From: an uncultured Oscillospiraceae bacterium
Lineage (GTDB): Bacteria; Bacillota; Clostridia; Oscillospirales; Acutalibacteraceae
NCBI GenBank assembly: GCA_959596515.1
Contig: CAUFXR010000002.1
Span: forward strand, 1,153 to 65,152
DNA length: 64,000 nt
Reading direction: 5' to 3'
The notes under the pieces are model-generated. The model was given only the letters and a program-made list of their open reading frames with translations, ran no database searches and was not told the DNA's origin. Positions 9,666 to 20,324 of the stretch are shown one piece after another. The position numbers and the translations under genes were made by a program. Within the stretch, counting starts at the first letter, position 1, and each line of letters begins with the position of its first letter.

Positions 9666-9742
9666 GTATCTCTTTTTGCTGGCCACCGCTGAAAGGCGGT
9701 CAGAATATAAATTTTATCAAAGAAAGGAGTGATTGATCCATT

Positions 9743-12397
9743 ATGGATCGACACAGACAGACGCCTTGGCACGCACTGAAACTTACGGAGGTCTATGAAA
9801 CTTTACATACCTCCGAGGAAGGATTAGGTGACGCCGAGGCTGCCGAAAGGCTGAAAAAATATGGGCGCAATGAACTGCGCTCGAAACCGCCCAAAACCAT
9901 TCTACAAATGCTGAAAGCGCAGATCATTGACCCGATGGTACTTATCCTCATCGGCGCGGCAGCTTTTTCCGCAATTTTACAGGAGTGGACAGAGGCGGCG
10001 GTAATCTTTATTATTGTAATCGTCAACGCCGTCATCGGTATTGTGCAGGAAAAGAAAGCACAATCCTCTCTGGAAGCTCTGCGCAATATGAGCGCCCCAA
10101 CGGCTCGGGTTTTGCGCCAGGGGGAGGAGAGCGTTATACCCGCCAGCGAGTTGGTAGTGGGTGACGTTGTGATGCTTGGCGATGGAGATATGGTTCCGGC
10201 GGACTTACGCCTGATAGATTCCGCCAATTTGAAAGTGCAGGAGGCTTCTTTGACCGGCGAATCCGTCCCTTCTGAAAAGGAAGCAGAAGATATTCTGCCG
10301 GAAGACTGCCCTCTGGGTGACCGCAGTAATATGGCGTACACCTCAGCCATTGTCACATACGGACGAGCGACTGGCGTTGTAGTAGCCACCGGCATGGATA
10401 CCGAGGTAGGTAATATCGCCGGTATGCTGGACAATCAGGACGATACGGATACACCCTTAAAACGGAAACTGAATGCGGTTGGTAAGACTCTGACCATCGT
10501 TGGACTAATCGTCTGTGCCCTGATCTTTGCCATCGGCGCTTTCTATCAGCGCCCGCTGATTCCGCAGTTCTTGGTTGCAATTTCGCTGGCAATTTCTATC
10601 ATCCCTGAAGGTCTGCCTGCCACAGCCACGATTGTGATGGCGCTGGGCGTGCAACGTATGGCAAAGAAAAATGCGTTGATTCGCAAATTGCCCGCAGTAG
10701 AAACTCTGGGTGGTGCAACTGTCATTTGCTCCGATAAAACCGGTACTCTTACACTCAATAAAATGACGGTAACACATATTGCAGTCAACGGAGATTTTGA
10801 AAACGGCACAACTACCCCGATTGAAAATGCCGCCAAACAGCATCCTGCGGTATATAGAGAATTGGTTTATGCAGCAGCTCTCTGCAATGACGCCAGCCTT
10901 GACCCAGATAGAAAGGGAGAAATCATCGGCGACCCCACAGAGGGTGCGCTGATCTATCTGGCACAGGCGTTTGGAATCGACCATGAAGCCCTGGAGGATG
11001 ATTATCCCCGCCTTTTTGAGCAGCCTTTTGATTCTGAGCGTAAGAGGATGACCACTGTTCACCGCATCAATGAAAAGTGGATTTCTTATACCAAGGGCGC
11101 GGTGGATGAAATGCTGCCCCTGTGTACTCACATTCTGACTTCGGAAGGTGTGCGGCCTATTACGGAGGCTGACAAAGAAAACATTACAAAACTTTGTCTT
11201 TCCATGTCGGAGGGGGCCTTGCGTGTGCTTGGCTTTGCCATGCGCACCCTCACGGAGCTGCCTACAGATGATGATGAGAATGTAGAATTTGACATGACTT
11301 TTGTGGGTGTGACCGGAATGATCGACCCGCCTCGAAAGGAAGTAGCCGATTCCGTGCGTACCTGCCGTCAGGCGGGCATCCGAACGATTATGATCACCGG
11401 CGACCATAAGGTGACAGCCCTTGCCATTGCGAAAGAGCTGGATATTTACCGAGAAGGCAACACCGTCATATCCGGTGAGGAACTGGATACGATGACGGAT
11501 GACGAATTGGACGATGCGGTAAAAACAACGACCGTCTTCGCCCGCGTATCCCCTGCGGATAAACTGCGTATCATCCAGAGTTTGAAACGCACCGGCGAAG
11601 TAGCGGCCATGACGGGTGACGGTGTCAATGACTCCCCCGCCCTGAAAGCAGCGGACATCGGTGTTGCGATGGGTATCACCGGTACGGATGTGGCAAAGGA
11701 TGCCGCCGACATGATCTTGCTGGATGACAGCTTTACTACGATTGCTTATGCTATCAAGGAAGGCCGCCGTGTCTACCGCAATATCCAGAAGGTAATTCAA
11801 TTCCTACTGGTAGGTAATATTGCAGAGATTTTAACTCTGTTTGTAGCCACGCTCTTTAACTGGGATGCACCTTTGTTAGCCGTTCATATTTTGTGGGTAA
11901 ATCTCGCTACAGCTACATTGCCTGCTCTGGCACTGGGTGTTGATCCGGCCAGCAAGAATATTATGAAGCACAAGCCGGTAAAATCAGGCACTCTGTTTGA
12001 AAAGGATCTGGTTCGCCGGGTTATTACGCAGGGTATCTTTGTAGCCGCCATGACCACTTGCGCTTACTGGATCGGCGCAGACCTGGGAGGTCATGTGACT
12101 GGTCAGACAATGGCGTTCTGTGTGCTGGCCTTCTCGCAGATGCTTCGCGCTTTTAATCAGCGCTCCAATACGGAGCCTATCTGGGTGCGGGCAGAAGGAA
12201 TCAATCCCTGGCTGATACTTTCTTTTGTTGCATCTGCAATCTTGATGGCGTGTATTCTATTTGTGCCTGCACTGCAAAGTGCGTTCCAGTTGACTTTGTT
12301 GGATGGTATCCAATGGTTGATCGTCGTTGGGCTGTCTTTGATGTCGATCTTGCAAGTGGAAATTGTAAAGGCAATTAAAAGGCATTTTCATAAATAG
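9743..12397 (+). CDS. Cation-transporting P-type ATPase (P2-type, Ca2+/Mg2+-like)
   Basis: [34 protein letters not shown]; 884 aa, intact. Confidence 0.95.
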   Translation: MDRHRQTPWHALKLTEVYETLHTSEEGLGDAEAAERLKKYGRNELRSKPPKTILQMLKAQIIDPMVLILIGAAAFSAILQEWTEAAVIFIIVIVNAVIGIVQEKKAQSSLEALRNMSAPTARVLRQGEESVIPASELVVGDVVMLGDGDMVPADLRLIDSANLKVQEASLTGESVPSEKEAEDILPEDCPLGDRSNMAYTSAIVTYGRATGVVVATGMDTEVGNIAGMLDNQDDTDTPLKRKLNAVGKTLTIVGLIVCALIFAIGAFYQRPLIPQFLVAISLAISIIPEGLPATATIVMALGVQRMAKKNALIRKLPAVETLGGATVICSDKTGTLTLNKMTVTHIAVNGDFENGTTTPIENAAKQHPAVYRELVYAAALCNDASLDPDRKGEIIGDPTEGALIYLAQAFGIDHEALEDDYPRLFEQPFDSERKRMTTVHRINEKWISYTKGAVDEMLPLCTHILTSEGVRPITEADKENITKLCLSMSEGALRVLGFAMRTLTELPTDDDENVEFDMTFVGVTGMIDPPRKEVADSVRTCRQAGIRTIMITGDHKVTALAIAKELDIYREGNTVISGEELDTMTDDELDDAVKTTTVFARVSPADKLRIIQSLKRTGEVAAMTGDGVNDSPALKAADIGVAMGITGTDVAKDAADMILLDDSFTTIAYAIKEGRRVYRNIQKVIQFLLVGNIAEILTLFVATLFNWDAPLLAVHILWVNLATATLPALALGVDPASKNIMKHKPVKSGTLFEKDLVRRVITQGIFVAAMTTCAYWIGADLGGHVTGQTMAFCVLAFSQMLRAFNQRSNTEPIWVRAEGINPWLILSFVASAILMACILFVPALQSAFQLTLLDGIQWLIVVGLSLMSILQVEIVKAIKRHFHK

Positions 12398-12401
12398 GCA
12401 G

Positions 12402-12432
12402 AAAGGCGGAGGGTTCTCCCTCCGCCTTTTTT
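12402..12432 (+). terminator. Intrinsic terminator after the P-type ATPase
   Basis: AAAGGCGGAGGG-TTCT-CCCTCCGCCTTT plus T-run. Confidence 0.85.
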
Positions 12433-12474
12433 GAAAGAGGCAATTATCGTATATATCTCTGGAGGTGAAATTAA

Positions 12475-13056
12475 ATGGATATTTTGGAAATTATCAAAGC
12501 GGTAGTTTTTGGTGTGGTGCAAGGAATTACTGAGTGGTTGCCTATTAGCAGTACAGGACACATGATTTTACTGGATGAGTTTGTCCAGCTTGATATGACA
12601 CCGAAGTTCATGGAGATGTTCTATGTGGTGATCCAGCTTGGCGCAATTTTGGCGGTACTTCTCCTGTTTTGGAGCAAACTCTGTCCAGTTTCGCTCCATG
12701 GTAAGCCCCACCTGAAAAAGGATGTTTTAGCTTTGTGGCCAAAGATCATTGTAGCTTGTATTCCCGCCGGGGTTGTAGGCATCCTGTGGAGTGATGTGTT
12801 GAATACTCTTTTCTTTCACCCACTCGTGGTGATTGTCATGCTGGCTCTGTTCGGCGTCCTATTTCTGGTGGTGGAACACCAAAATAAGGAGAGAACGCCG
12901 ACCATAGAATCCTCCGCGAAGCTAACTTATCAAGCAGCGCTATGGATTGGAATGTTTCAGCTTATCGCGGCTATATTGCCTGGAACATCTCGATCAGATG
13001 CAACTATCATCGGTGCACTTATGCAGAGCTGGGGGCCATTGCGGAACCGATTATGA
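12475..13056 (+). pseudogene. uppP: Undecaprenyl-diphosphate phosphatase, 3'-truncated at ~13023
   Basis: QGITEWLPISSTGH, IQLGAILAV, PGTSRSDATIIGALM (canonical SRSG altered), then unrelated tail; about one third of a normal UppP is missing. Confidence 0.88.
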
Positions 13057-14561
13057 CAACGCTGAAATTCATGGCAGCGGACGTACTGCAGGCCATGATC
13101 CCTTTTGTGGCCCTTATGGGGGAAGGGTTACAAGGCGTTTTAGAAGGGACAGCCGGATCGGCTGAAACCTTTGCCGAGGGCCTGAGTGGTCTGGTGGAAG
13201 TGCTTCTGGAAAAAGTGTCTGCCATTGTTCCCATGATCGGGCAGGCAGTGCTTGCCAGCCTTCCGGCCCTGCTGTCCGCAGGCGTGGATATTGTGGTGGC
13301 GCTGGCAAATGGGATTGTGGCGGCCATGCCACATATTGCAAGCGCAGCCGTTACCATCATTCTGGAACTGACAAACGGCCTTTTGACTTTGCTCCCGCAG
13401 CTCATTGCGGCGGCTGCGCAGATGGTCGCTACACTGGCTCTTGGGATTGGCGAAGCCCTGCCGCAGCTTGTTCCAACCATCGTCCAGATCATTATGACGG
13501 TAGTGCAGACCTTGATTGCCAACCTTCCTTTGCTTTTAGAAGGCGCTTTGCAGCTTGTCATGGGTTTGGCCCAGGGCATTTTGAACGCCATCCCGGTTTT
13601 GATTGAGGCGCTTCCTGCGGTCATTGTTGCCATCGTGGAGTTTATCGTGGCCTCTATTCCGCAGATTATTGATGCCGGAATCCAGCTTCTGACCTCGCTG
13701 GTGGCGGCCCTGCCGGATATTATCACGGCGATTGTTGCGGCCATCCCGCAGATCATCGAAGGGTTAGTGACAGCCATTGTCGGAAGCATCCCGCAGCTCA
13801 TCGACGCAGGCGTGCGCCTGCTGGTGTCCCTCATTCAGAACCTTCCGACCATCATTACCACCATAGTTGGAGCTATCCCACAGATTATTTCCTCGTTAGT
13901 GAACGCCCTGATTAACAGTATTCCTCAGATCATACAGGCGGGCGTTCAGCTATTCGTGTCGCTGATCCAAAACCTGCCCACCATTATCGTGGAAATCGTG
14001 AAGGCGGTGCCGCAGATTATTGCGGGGATTGTCAACGCCTTCACTTCCTCCATGGGCCAGATCGTCAATGTTGGTAAGAACATTGTGCAGGGCCTTTGGT
14101 CTGGTATCCAGAGCCTTGCAGGCTGGATTTGGGACAAAGTTTCCGGCTGGATTTCTTCGATTTGGGATGGAATTTGCAGCTTCTTCGGTATCAATTCTCC
14201 CTCGAAAGAGATGGCGTGGGTTGGTGAAATGCTGGTACAAGGTCTGGCTGGCTCCATTCAGGATAATGGAAAGCAGGCCGTTTCTGCCGCTGAGAAAATG
14301 TCCTCGGATATTGACGGGGTAATGAATAAGCTGGCGCAGGATATGCAGACTGCTATCCCCACGGACTACCAGTTTAACGCAAATGCAAATGTGACGGGCG
14401 GTATGACCGGCGCAGCCTTTACGGCGGCTGGCAGCGGCCCGCTCGTTATGGTACAGCAGATGATTGTCCGCAGCGAGGACGACATCCGCAGGATTTCTCA
14501 GGAACTATATAATCTCATGCAGGTCGGCTCCCGCGCACAGGGCCGGATCATCACAGCGTAA
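13020..14561 (+). pseudogene. Phage tail tape-measure protein, C-terminal part only
   Basis: YAELGAIAEPIMTTLK start, amphipathic IPQII repeats with 44-aa period, FFGINSPSKEM motif; upstream codons of ORF 12942 are uppP sequence read in another frame. Confidence 0.88.
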
Positions 14562-14573
14562 GGAGGTGGGCGC

Positions 14574-15341
14574 TTGGGCTTTCAATACAACGGAATTACT
14601 TCTCAATCTATGAGCGTCAAGGCCCATCTTACCGGCTGGCAGATGGTTCCCACCCTTCGGAGCAATACGGAAACTGTCCCCGGCAAGGCGGGCCTTGCAG
14701 ACTTTGGGGCAGACAGCGGCGAGCGGTATATTGATGTTGCCTGCAATGTTTATCCGCAGAAAACCTTTGCCGATATGGTGGCGGTTTTGGATCAGGTGGC
14801 GGCATGGCTCGATCCTACGGCAGGGACAAAACAGCTTGTGCTGGATGATGTGCCAGACCGGTATTTTATGGCCCGCCTCTCCGATACAGTGGATTGTGAA
14901 CGGCTCCTCCGGGCAGCCGGTTCGTTTACCCTCCGTTTTCTTTGCCCTGACCCTTACGGATATGCGCTGGATGATGAAACCTTTACCCTCTCCCAAGCGG
15001 GGGAGCATGAGGTGGAGTGTGAAACCGGGAATACAGATTCCGAGCCGGTGTATTCCCTGCAAGGGACAATTTCCTCTGGCGCGGTTGTGCTGACGACCAA
15101 TGGAGAAACCCTGCGGGTGATTGGCCCACTGGCTGCGGATGAGGTGCTGGTAATCGACACCGGAATGGTAACGGCCAAAGTGACGGACAGTGCGGGCAAT
15201 ACCCTGCGAAACGGCCTGCCCTGTTTGGAGGAGCTGAATTTCCCGGTACTGCGCCGGGGTGTGAATGAAGTGGAAATTGCAGTCGAGGGCAGTGCCGTTT
15301 TTACCGAGCTTCACATACAGGCAAAAAGCCGATGGAGGTAA
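14574..15341 (+). CDS. Siphophage distal tail protein (Dit family)
   Basis: GFQYNGITSQSM, TVPGKAG, LVLDDVPDRYF, FLCPDPYGYA; follows the tape measure; RBS AGGAGGTG. Confidence 0.85.
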   Translation: MGFQYNGITSQSMSVKAHLTGWQMVPTLRSNTETVPGKAGLADFGADSGERYIDVACNVYPQKTFADMVAVLDQVAAWLDPTAGTKQLVLDDVPDRYFMARLSDTVDCERLLRAAGSFTLRFLCPDPYGYALDDETFTLSQAGEHEVECETGNTDSEPVYSLQGTISSGAVVLTTNGETLRVIGPLAADEVLVIDTGMVTAKVTDSAGNTLRNGLPCLEELNFPVLRRGVNEVEIAVEGSAVFTELHIQAKSRWR

Positions 15342-15344
15342 GCA

Positions 15345-16031
15345 ATGGCAGTAAAGACAACTTTGACTGTGCAGGAGGATTTTACCGGAGAATTTCCAGC
15401 CGCATGGGCTGCCTCCGGCCTCTGGCGCTTTAATGAGTCCGAACCGGACAGCAACAATCGTCTGATAGATTCTTCCGGCAATGGCCGGGATTTTAATATT
15501 ATTAACTGGAACGGCACCACGGCCAATCTGCTGGAAGGCTGGCGCGGGTATTATTTCCGCTTAAATCTCAATAATCCTACATCGGAGAGAACCTATCTTC
15601 ATGTTGTGAACAACGGCTCCATCTTCTCCGAGTTGGGACAACGGATCGTTGTGGGTGGCTGGATGAACCCCACCATTTATTCTGTGGGTAATACTTTCTG
15701 CCCAATCTTTAACACCCGGCAGGGGCCGGGCCAGCCGATCCTGTACCTTTCGCTTTATTCCGGGCGGCCCCGCCTGATGCTCTATAATTCCTCCGGCTCC
15801 CTGATTTTGGACGAGTCGGTAACGCCTCCATTTTCTCTGGTAAACAACGGCTGGTATTTCCTCGCTGCTGTGATCGAACCGGAAGAATACAAAGCCTGCT
15901 ATGTGGTAGGCGACCGCAGCACCGGTACAGTATGGATTTCAAACGAGCTGACGATTGAGGGTGAACTGAACCGTTCCTGCACCGCTGACCTCGTTATGGG
16001 GATGCACGCTGACACCTATTATTACCACTGA
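15345..16031 (+). pseudogene. Phage tail protein with LamG/concanavalin-like domain, 3'-truncated at ~16025
   Basis: GLWRFNE, DSSGNGR, GWYFLAAV; ends abruptly at MGMHADTYYYH where it meets a convergent truncated gene. Confidence 0.75.
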
Positions 16032-16269
16032 ATTTGACAGCCTTTGTGTTACCCTCCAGTGAAACGCCGGTTTTCTTTAAATCCAATGCTTTTAAGGCTG
16101 CGACATACTCCTCGTTTGCAATCGGTCGAGTTGTAAAAATCTCTGCATATTCCACAAAGTCTTTTGCACGCTGGATGATTTTTCCCTGACCAATCAAGCG
16201 CCCTTTCCACCATGCCGAGAAGCCAATAGCTACAACAATCAAAACGACCGCTGCAATAATTCCACCCAT
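15994..16269 (-). pseudogene. Single-pass membrane protein, 3'-truncated at ~16025
   Basis: RBS AGGAGG, N-terminal TM segment; last residues (NNRCQRASP) are the antisense of the LamG gene. Confidence 0.6.
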
Positions 16270-16349
16270 ATTTTTTTCCTCCTTGTTTTTCCTTTCGTAT
16301 TTCTATTTCTGTACCGCCATTACGAAAGCTGTGGTATCAGTGCCCATTT

Positions 16350-16762
16350 TTACGATTTTGGTGAGAAGACGGCGGACGGATCTCCGTAGTAGATATATCC
16401 GCTCTTTGCTTTCAAATACACCGTAAGCGTTCCGTCATCATTGGGTTCAACGGTAATCTTGTAGGCATCGTTTTTCTCTTTTGCCAGCAGACCGGAAACA
16501 GAACTCTGTCCACCGGTGATCTCGAGCAAATAGCCATCGCCCTTTGCTTTGTATGTACCCGTATAATTCCAGTCCATGTAGAGCGTTACAGTTCCGTCCG
16601 ATTCAAATTCCACGGCGCTGATGTCAAAGGCATAGCTCTCACATTCATAGTACCCGGACAAGAACGGCAAATCACTGCCGCCTCCGCAGGCACTCAGCAT
16701 GGTCGCACACAGGATGACGGTCAGAAGTACAGACCGCAGCTACATGTTTCTTTTGCTTTCAT
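16350..16762 (-). pseudogene. Lipoprotein with disrupted signal peptide
   Basis: RBS AAGGAGA plus ATG 16762 (MKAK) is out of frame with the rest; the lipobox frame reads RNM*LRSVLLTVILCATMLSA-C (frameshift plus TAG). Confidence 0.65.
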
Positions 16763-16814
16763 AATCGCTTTCTCCTTTGTTCTCCCTTCAAATAGAAAAG
16801 AGTATCCATCACAC

Positions 16815-18281
16815 TTAGAATTCGCCATCCATGGGGTCTACTTTCATCTGAAGGTAAATTTGAGTTCCGTCTTTTTGGTAAAATTCATAGCAAGGCTCGT
16901 AGACATGGGCATAGCCCGTCCCGAGATCTGCCTTGACTGTGAAAATTCCCTCGCTGTATGAATACTGGTCACCATCTGTGGTGACGCCCTCAAAGGTCAC
17001 ATTGTCGGGCAAGAAGCTCATGTCATCTGTAAGGGGGATATAGGTTTCGCCGGTGACGTCATAGAAGGTATTGTCTGCTCCATAGGCTTTTGCGAGAAAA
17101 TACCCGCCGTCAATCAATTCAATATCCGAAGAGCCGTCTTCACACATAAAGGGTTCATACATCAGATTGCCCTGGGAATCGAAGCAGGCGTAGAATTTGC
17201 TTCCGTTGTCTTTTGCCTCCAGAATTACCCCGGCGTGGCCATTCAGGAAAGCGCCCATGCTGTCAAAATAATATCGTTCGGTGTATTCTTTCAGATCGAC
17301 AATGCAATTTCCGTTGACATCAAAGTACCCGGACCGATAATCATCATGGTTATCATACGGGTAGACACTTATAAATCCAATCAAACCTTCTGCATAAACG
17401 GTATTTCCCCAACTAGGTCCGCTAGCGTGTATGTCCTCACCAAATGTCCGTGAAACATTCCCGGACATATCCATCTTTTTGCAGTCCTCGGAACCTTCAA
17501 CAATATATCCGTCATAGAACTTAGCGCCGTCAAGCAAGCCGGGATATTCTGAAAGCTTGACAATACTTCGGTCCGACAAACTGCACAGCCGTATATCATC
17601 CGTCTCTGCGCTTCCCGAGGAACCGGTATTCAGCAGGTACATCCCTTCACCCAGATCATAGTCATATGCGAATCGGTCTGCTACGTCCGTCCAGGCTTCC
17701 GGCTCCGAACCATATGGATCGGTAAAAGAAATCTGATAGGTGGCGTCAACGTTAAAGCCCTGCAAATAACGCTGCACCAAAATGGTGTTCCCATAGCCTC
17801 CAAGGTAGGTCCAATCATGCTCATCGTCCTTTGTGCTGTCATAGATGATGCTTTCGGAAATACTGAGAATTGCGAATTCGTCGTAATAAACCGCAAAATG
17901 GACACCTTCTCTTGCCACCACCAGCAGGTCATCATTGAGCCAGTTGGTATATTCGTATTCCATGGCAAAGGGGAACCGGGCAACCTCGATTCCGTCCATA
18001 TCAAAGACAGCAGAGGTTCCGTCATTGAAGGTGACGTAGTTGTACCCATTGTGATAGCCGGTGGCGTTCTTTATAGTTGATCTGTCAACGGTGATGAATT
18101 CTTCTTCCGACTCAGTATATTCGGATTGTTCTGATTCGGAATATTCAGCTTCCTCTGATTCTTCCATATTCTCTGTATCGATACTTATGCTGTTTTCTGG
18201 TGAACTCGTATCCGTCTTGCCGCAAGAGGCTAAAGCTAGAAGCATGCAGAAAATAAGGGAAATTGTGATGCATTTTTTCAT
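16815..18281 (-). CDS. Acidic lipoprotein, possibly WG-repeat/beta-rich
   Basis: MKK-hydrophobic-LALAS-C lipobox, E/S-rich linker, repeated FxxG / GYFDxxG-like motifs. Confidence 0.7.
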   Translation of the reverse strand: MKKCITISLIFCMLLALASCGKTDTSSPENSISIDTENMEESEEAEYSESEQSEYTESEEEFITVDRSTIKNATGYHNGYNYVTFNDGTSAVFDMDGIEVARFPFAMEYEYTNWLNDDLLVVAREGVHFAVYYDEFAILSISESIIYDSTKDDEHDWTYLGGYGNTILVQRYLQGFNVDATYQISFTDPYGSEPEAWTDVADRFAYDYDLGEGMYLLNTGSSGSAETDDIRLCSLSDRSIVKLSEYPGLLDGAKFYDGYIVEGSEDCKKMDMSGNVSRTFGEDIHASGPSWGNTVYAEGLIGFISVYPYDNHDDYRSGYFDVNGNCIVDLKEYTERYYFDSMGAFLNGHAGVILEAKDNGSKFYACFDSQGNLMYEPFMCEDGSSDIELIDGGYFLAKAYGADNTFYDVTGETYIPLTDDMSFLPDNVTFEGVTTDGDQYSYSEGIFTVKADLGTGYAHVYEPCYEFYQKDGTQIYLQMKVDPMDGEF

Positions 18282-18334
18282 TTAGATTTCCTCCGTTTTT
18301 AGTATTTCCGTATTCTCATCCAACAGGGATGTCC

Positions 18335-18725
18335 TCATAGTTCAATATGGTTGCCTTGCTCCGTATGATCACTTCCTTTGATTGTGGGACGCTTTGTACC
18401 GCAGGCACCGCAGAAATCCTCATCCGGCGGAAGCTCTCTGCCGCAGCCAGTACAGAATACCTTTTGTGCGGCGTCTGAAACGCCAACGCTCTGATAGACC
18501 GGCTGTCCGTAAGGCTGTCCATATGGTTGCGCAACAGGCATTTGGTAGACAGCCCTTTCCTTTTTATAGGGATGCGTCAGCCACCAGCCCAGCAAGAAGG
18601 TCATGGGGAGCCCCACTGCCAGAATGGTAAACATAGGTCATAAAAATGCTTATTAGCCCCAGTAGCACATTGGCTGTGCAGAAAATCGCTGCTACCGGAA
18701 ATTTTATTTTCTTTGTTTCGTTCAT
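18335..18725 (-). pseudogene. Membrane protein with C-terminal zinc ribbon, frameshifted or internally deleted at ~18635
   Basis: ATG 18725 with GGAGG gives MNETKKIKFPVAAIF... in a different frame from the part with QPYGQPYGQP and CTGCG...FCGACG. Confidence 0.6.
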
Positions 18726-18815
18726 GTTTCTACCTCCAAGAAATACAATTAGACCGCCAATGGCCGCAATCGCTATCAGCAGAGCATATGCGCCGCCAAA
18801 AGCCTAGATCCTTTT

Positions 18816-19142
18816 CTAGCTCTCTTTGGAAAGGATGATCTTGTCCCCGGAGATCGCATACGTTCCGCCGCCTGTGATACCGGTTGCCGAATAGGTGTAA
18901 TAAAAATGTGTTTCATCCATCGTATAGGTATAATCAAGCCAGCTTCCGTCCTCGGCTCTTAAAGTCATCGTACCGTCAGCGTTCAGTCGAATCAGGTGAC
19001 GGCTGACATTTTCCGTATTGGGCTGCGCAACTTCAAGCGTCCACTCGCCCAGCATAGAGGTTATGTCAAATTCCGATTGACCGGTCTGCGTTGATGAGAT
19101 CTCCGGAGCTGTAATTCCCAGCTCATTCAGCATATATTCCAT
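18816..19142 (-). pseudogene. C-terminal fragment of a beta-rich (lipocalin-like) surface-protein domain
   Basis: GEW, LNADGT, GTYAISGDKIIL pattern; its 5' end abuts the truncated methylase and has no RBS. Confidence 0.5.
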
Positions 19143-19849
19143 AACTTAGCGCCTTTTTCGTCGAGCTTTTTGAAAAGATCTGCTAGGCGAACATGATTTT
19201 CGTAAGAAAATCCCTCCTTCGTATAGTCTACAAAATTCGCGGTTTTGCTTTCAGGAATATATGGTGAATCGAAATATACGAAATCGCCAGCCGAAACGTC
19301 TCGACATGCGTCTTCAAAATCGCCAGTAAGAATTATTGCGCCAGATCTATTCAAATAATTGCTGACAGCCTGGATGTTTTCCGGAATGGCGGTTTGGACG
19401 TTGGTAGTATTATTAAATGGAACGTTAAATAGACCTTTAGAATTGACACGATAGATGCCATTAAAACAGTGCTTATTTAACCAAATCATGAGGGCCGCAC
19501 ACTCTTCGTCGAGCTGGTTACTCGATATTTTTTCATTATATCTACTTCGGATTGAATAGTAGTAGTCTTTAGTACAAGGAATTGCATCAATCTTACGGAT
19601 TTCCTCAAATAGTTTTTGCGGATTGTTTTTAATTTGAAGGTAAGTGTTTGTGAGATGAGGGTTAATATCGTTTATGACTGGAGAATGCGGTGTAAAGTTA
19701 AAAAGAACGGAACCGCCGCCTAGAAAAGGTTCAAAATATTTGTCGTAATTCTTCGGCGCACGTTTTTCGATTTCTGTTAGTAACTGCCTTTTGCCGCCAA
19801 CCCATTTCAGAAATGGTGCTGGGGCTTGGCTGGCTCTAGCCTTTGTCAT
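19127..19849 (-). pseudogene. Dam/DpnM-like N6-adenine DNA methyltransferase, 3'-truncated at ~19142
   Basis: FLKWVGGK, EPFLGGGS, FNGIYRVN, DFVYFDSPY; breaks at KGAKL before the expected MLSN motif. Confidence 0.82.
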
Positions 19850-19959
19850 CTACCTCCTTGTTCTTTTTTCATTATACACCAGTTAACAGATTATCCCGAG
19901 CATTGAGTAGCATTGATATAATTTAGAAGAATATGTATTATCGTTGATACAATATTCTC

Positions 19960-20203
19960 ATCTAAAATTGGTGCAAATTCTCATTTTCTCACGGCTTTCG
20001 CTCTAGGCGTACCGCAAAGCAAAGCCGTGAGAAATATATATTCCGCTATCAGAGTGACGTCCTAACACAGTCGAGAGCCTCGACACGCACTTCGCGTTCG
20101 GGGCTTTCTTCTTTTTTGCAGTAAGAAGCTCGCGTGCGTGCGGCATCTTTTTTAGTCCTTGGTCCCAAAAATTCCGGACGCAAACAGCGTCCGGAATTTT
20201 TTT
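19960..20203 (+). ncRNA. Candidate structured small RNA
   Basis: Extended -10 boxes at 19914-19922 and 19945-19953, three hairpins, and a 15-bp terminator with T-run at 20167-20203; no convincing + strand ORF seen. Confidence 0.35.
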
Positions 20204-20324
20204 AGGAATCAAAATGCTTGCGACTATGGTGGATTTGATGTAATATGATGTAATGTAATATAATCATATATTATATTATATTTTATAGGAACTAACGCTA
20301 TAATAGACTTAAGGCTGTGATATT

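Noticed and set aside
9510..9740. M-box (ykoK) riboswitch in the ATPase leader
   Set aside because: No TTAGGTGAGGCT-like core seen and the space before the terminator is short.
10505..11800. 431-aa minus-strand ORF, and similar long antisense ORFs (553-1152, 9793-10434, 13019-13834, 14505-15314, 24655-25221)
   Set aside because: Shadows of well-supported opposite-strand genes; no motifs or RBS.
12942..13019. N-terminal extension of the 539-aa tape-measure ORF
   Set aside because: These codons are uppP sequence in another frame, not a real start.
19868..19882. TTATACACCA as a possible attR of tRNA-Leu
   Set aside because: Only CACCA matches the tRNA 3' end exactly; it coincides with the methylase -10 region.
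20236..20285. ATGTAAT repeats in an AT-rich stretch
   Set aside because: Low complexity; cannot be distinguished from chance or slippage.
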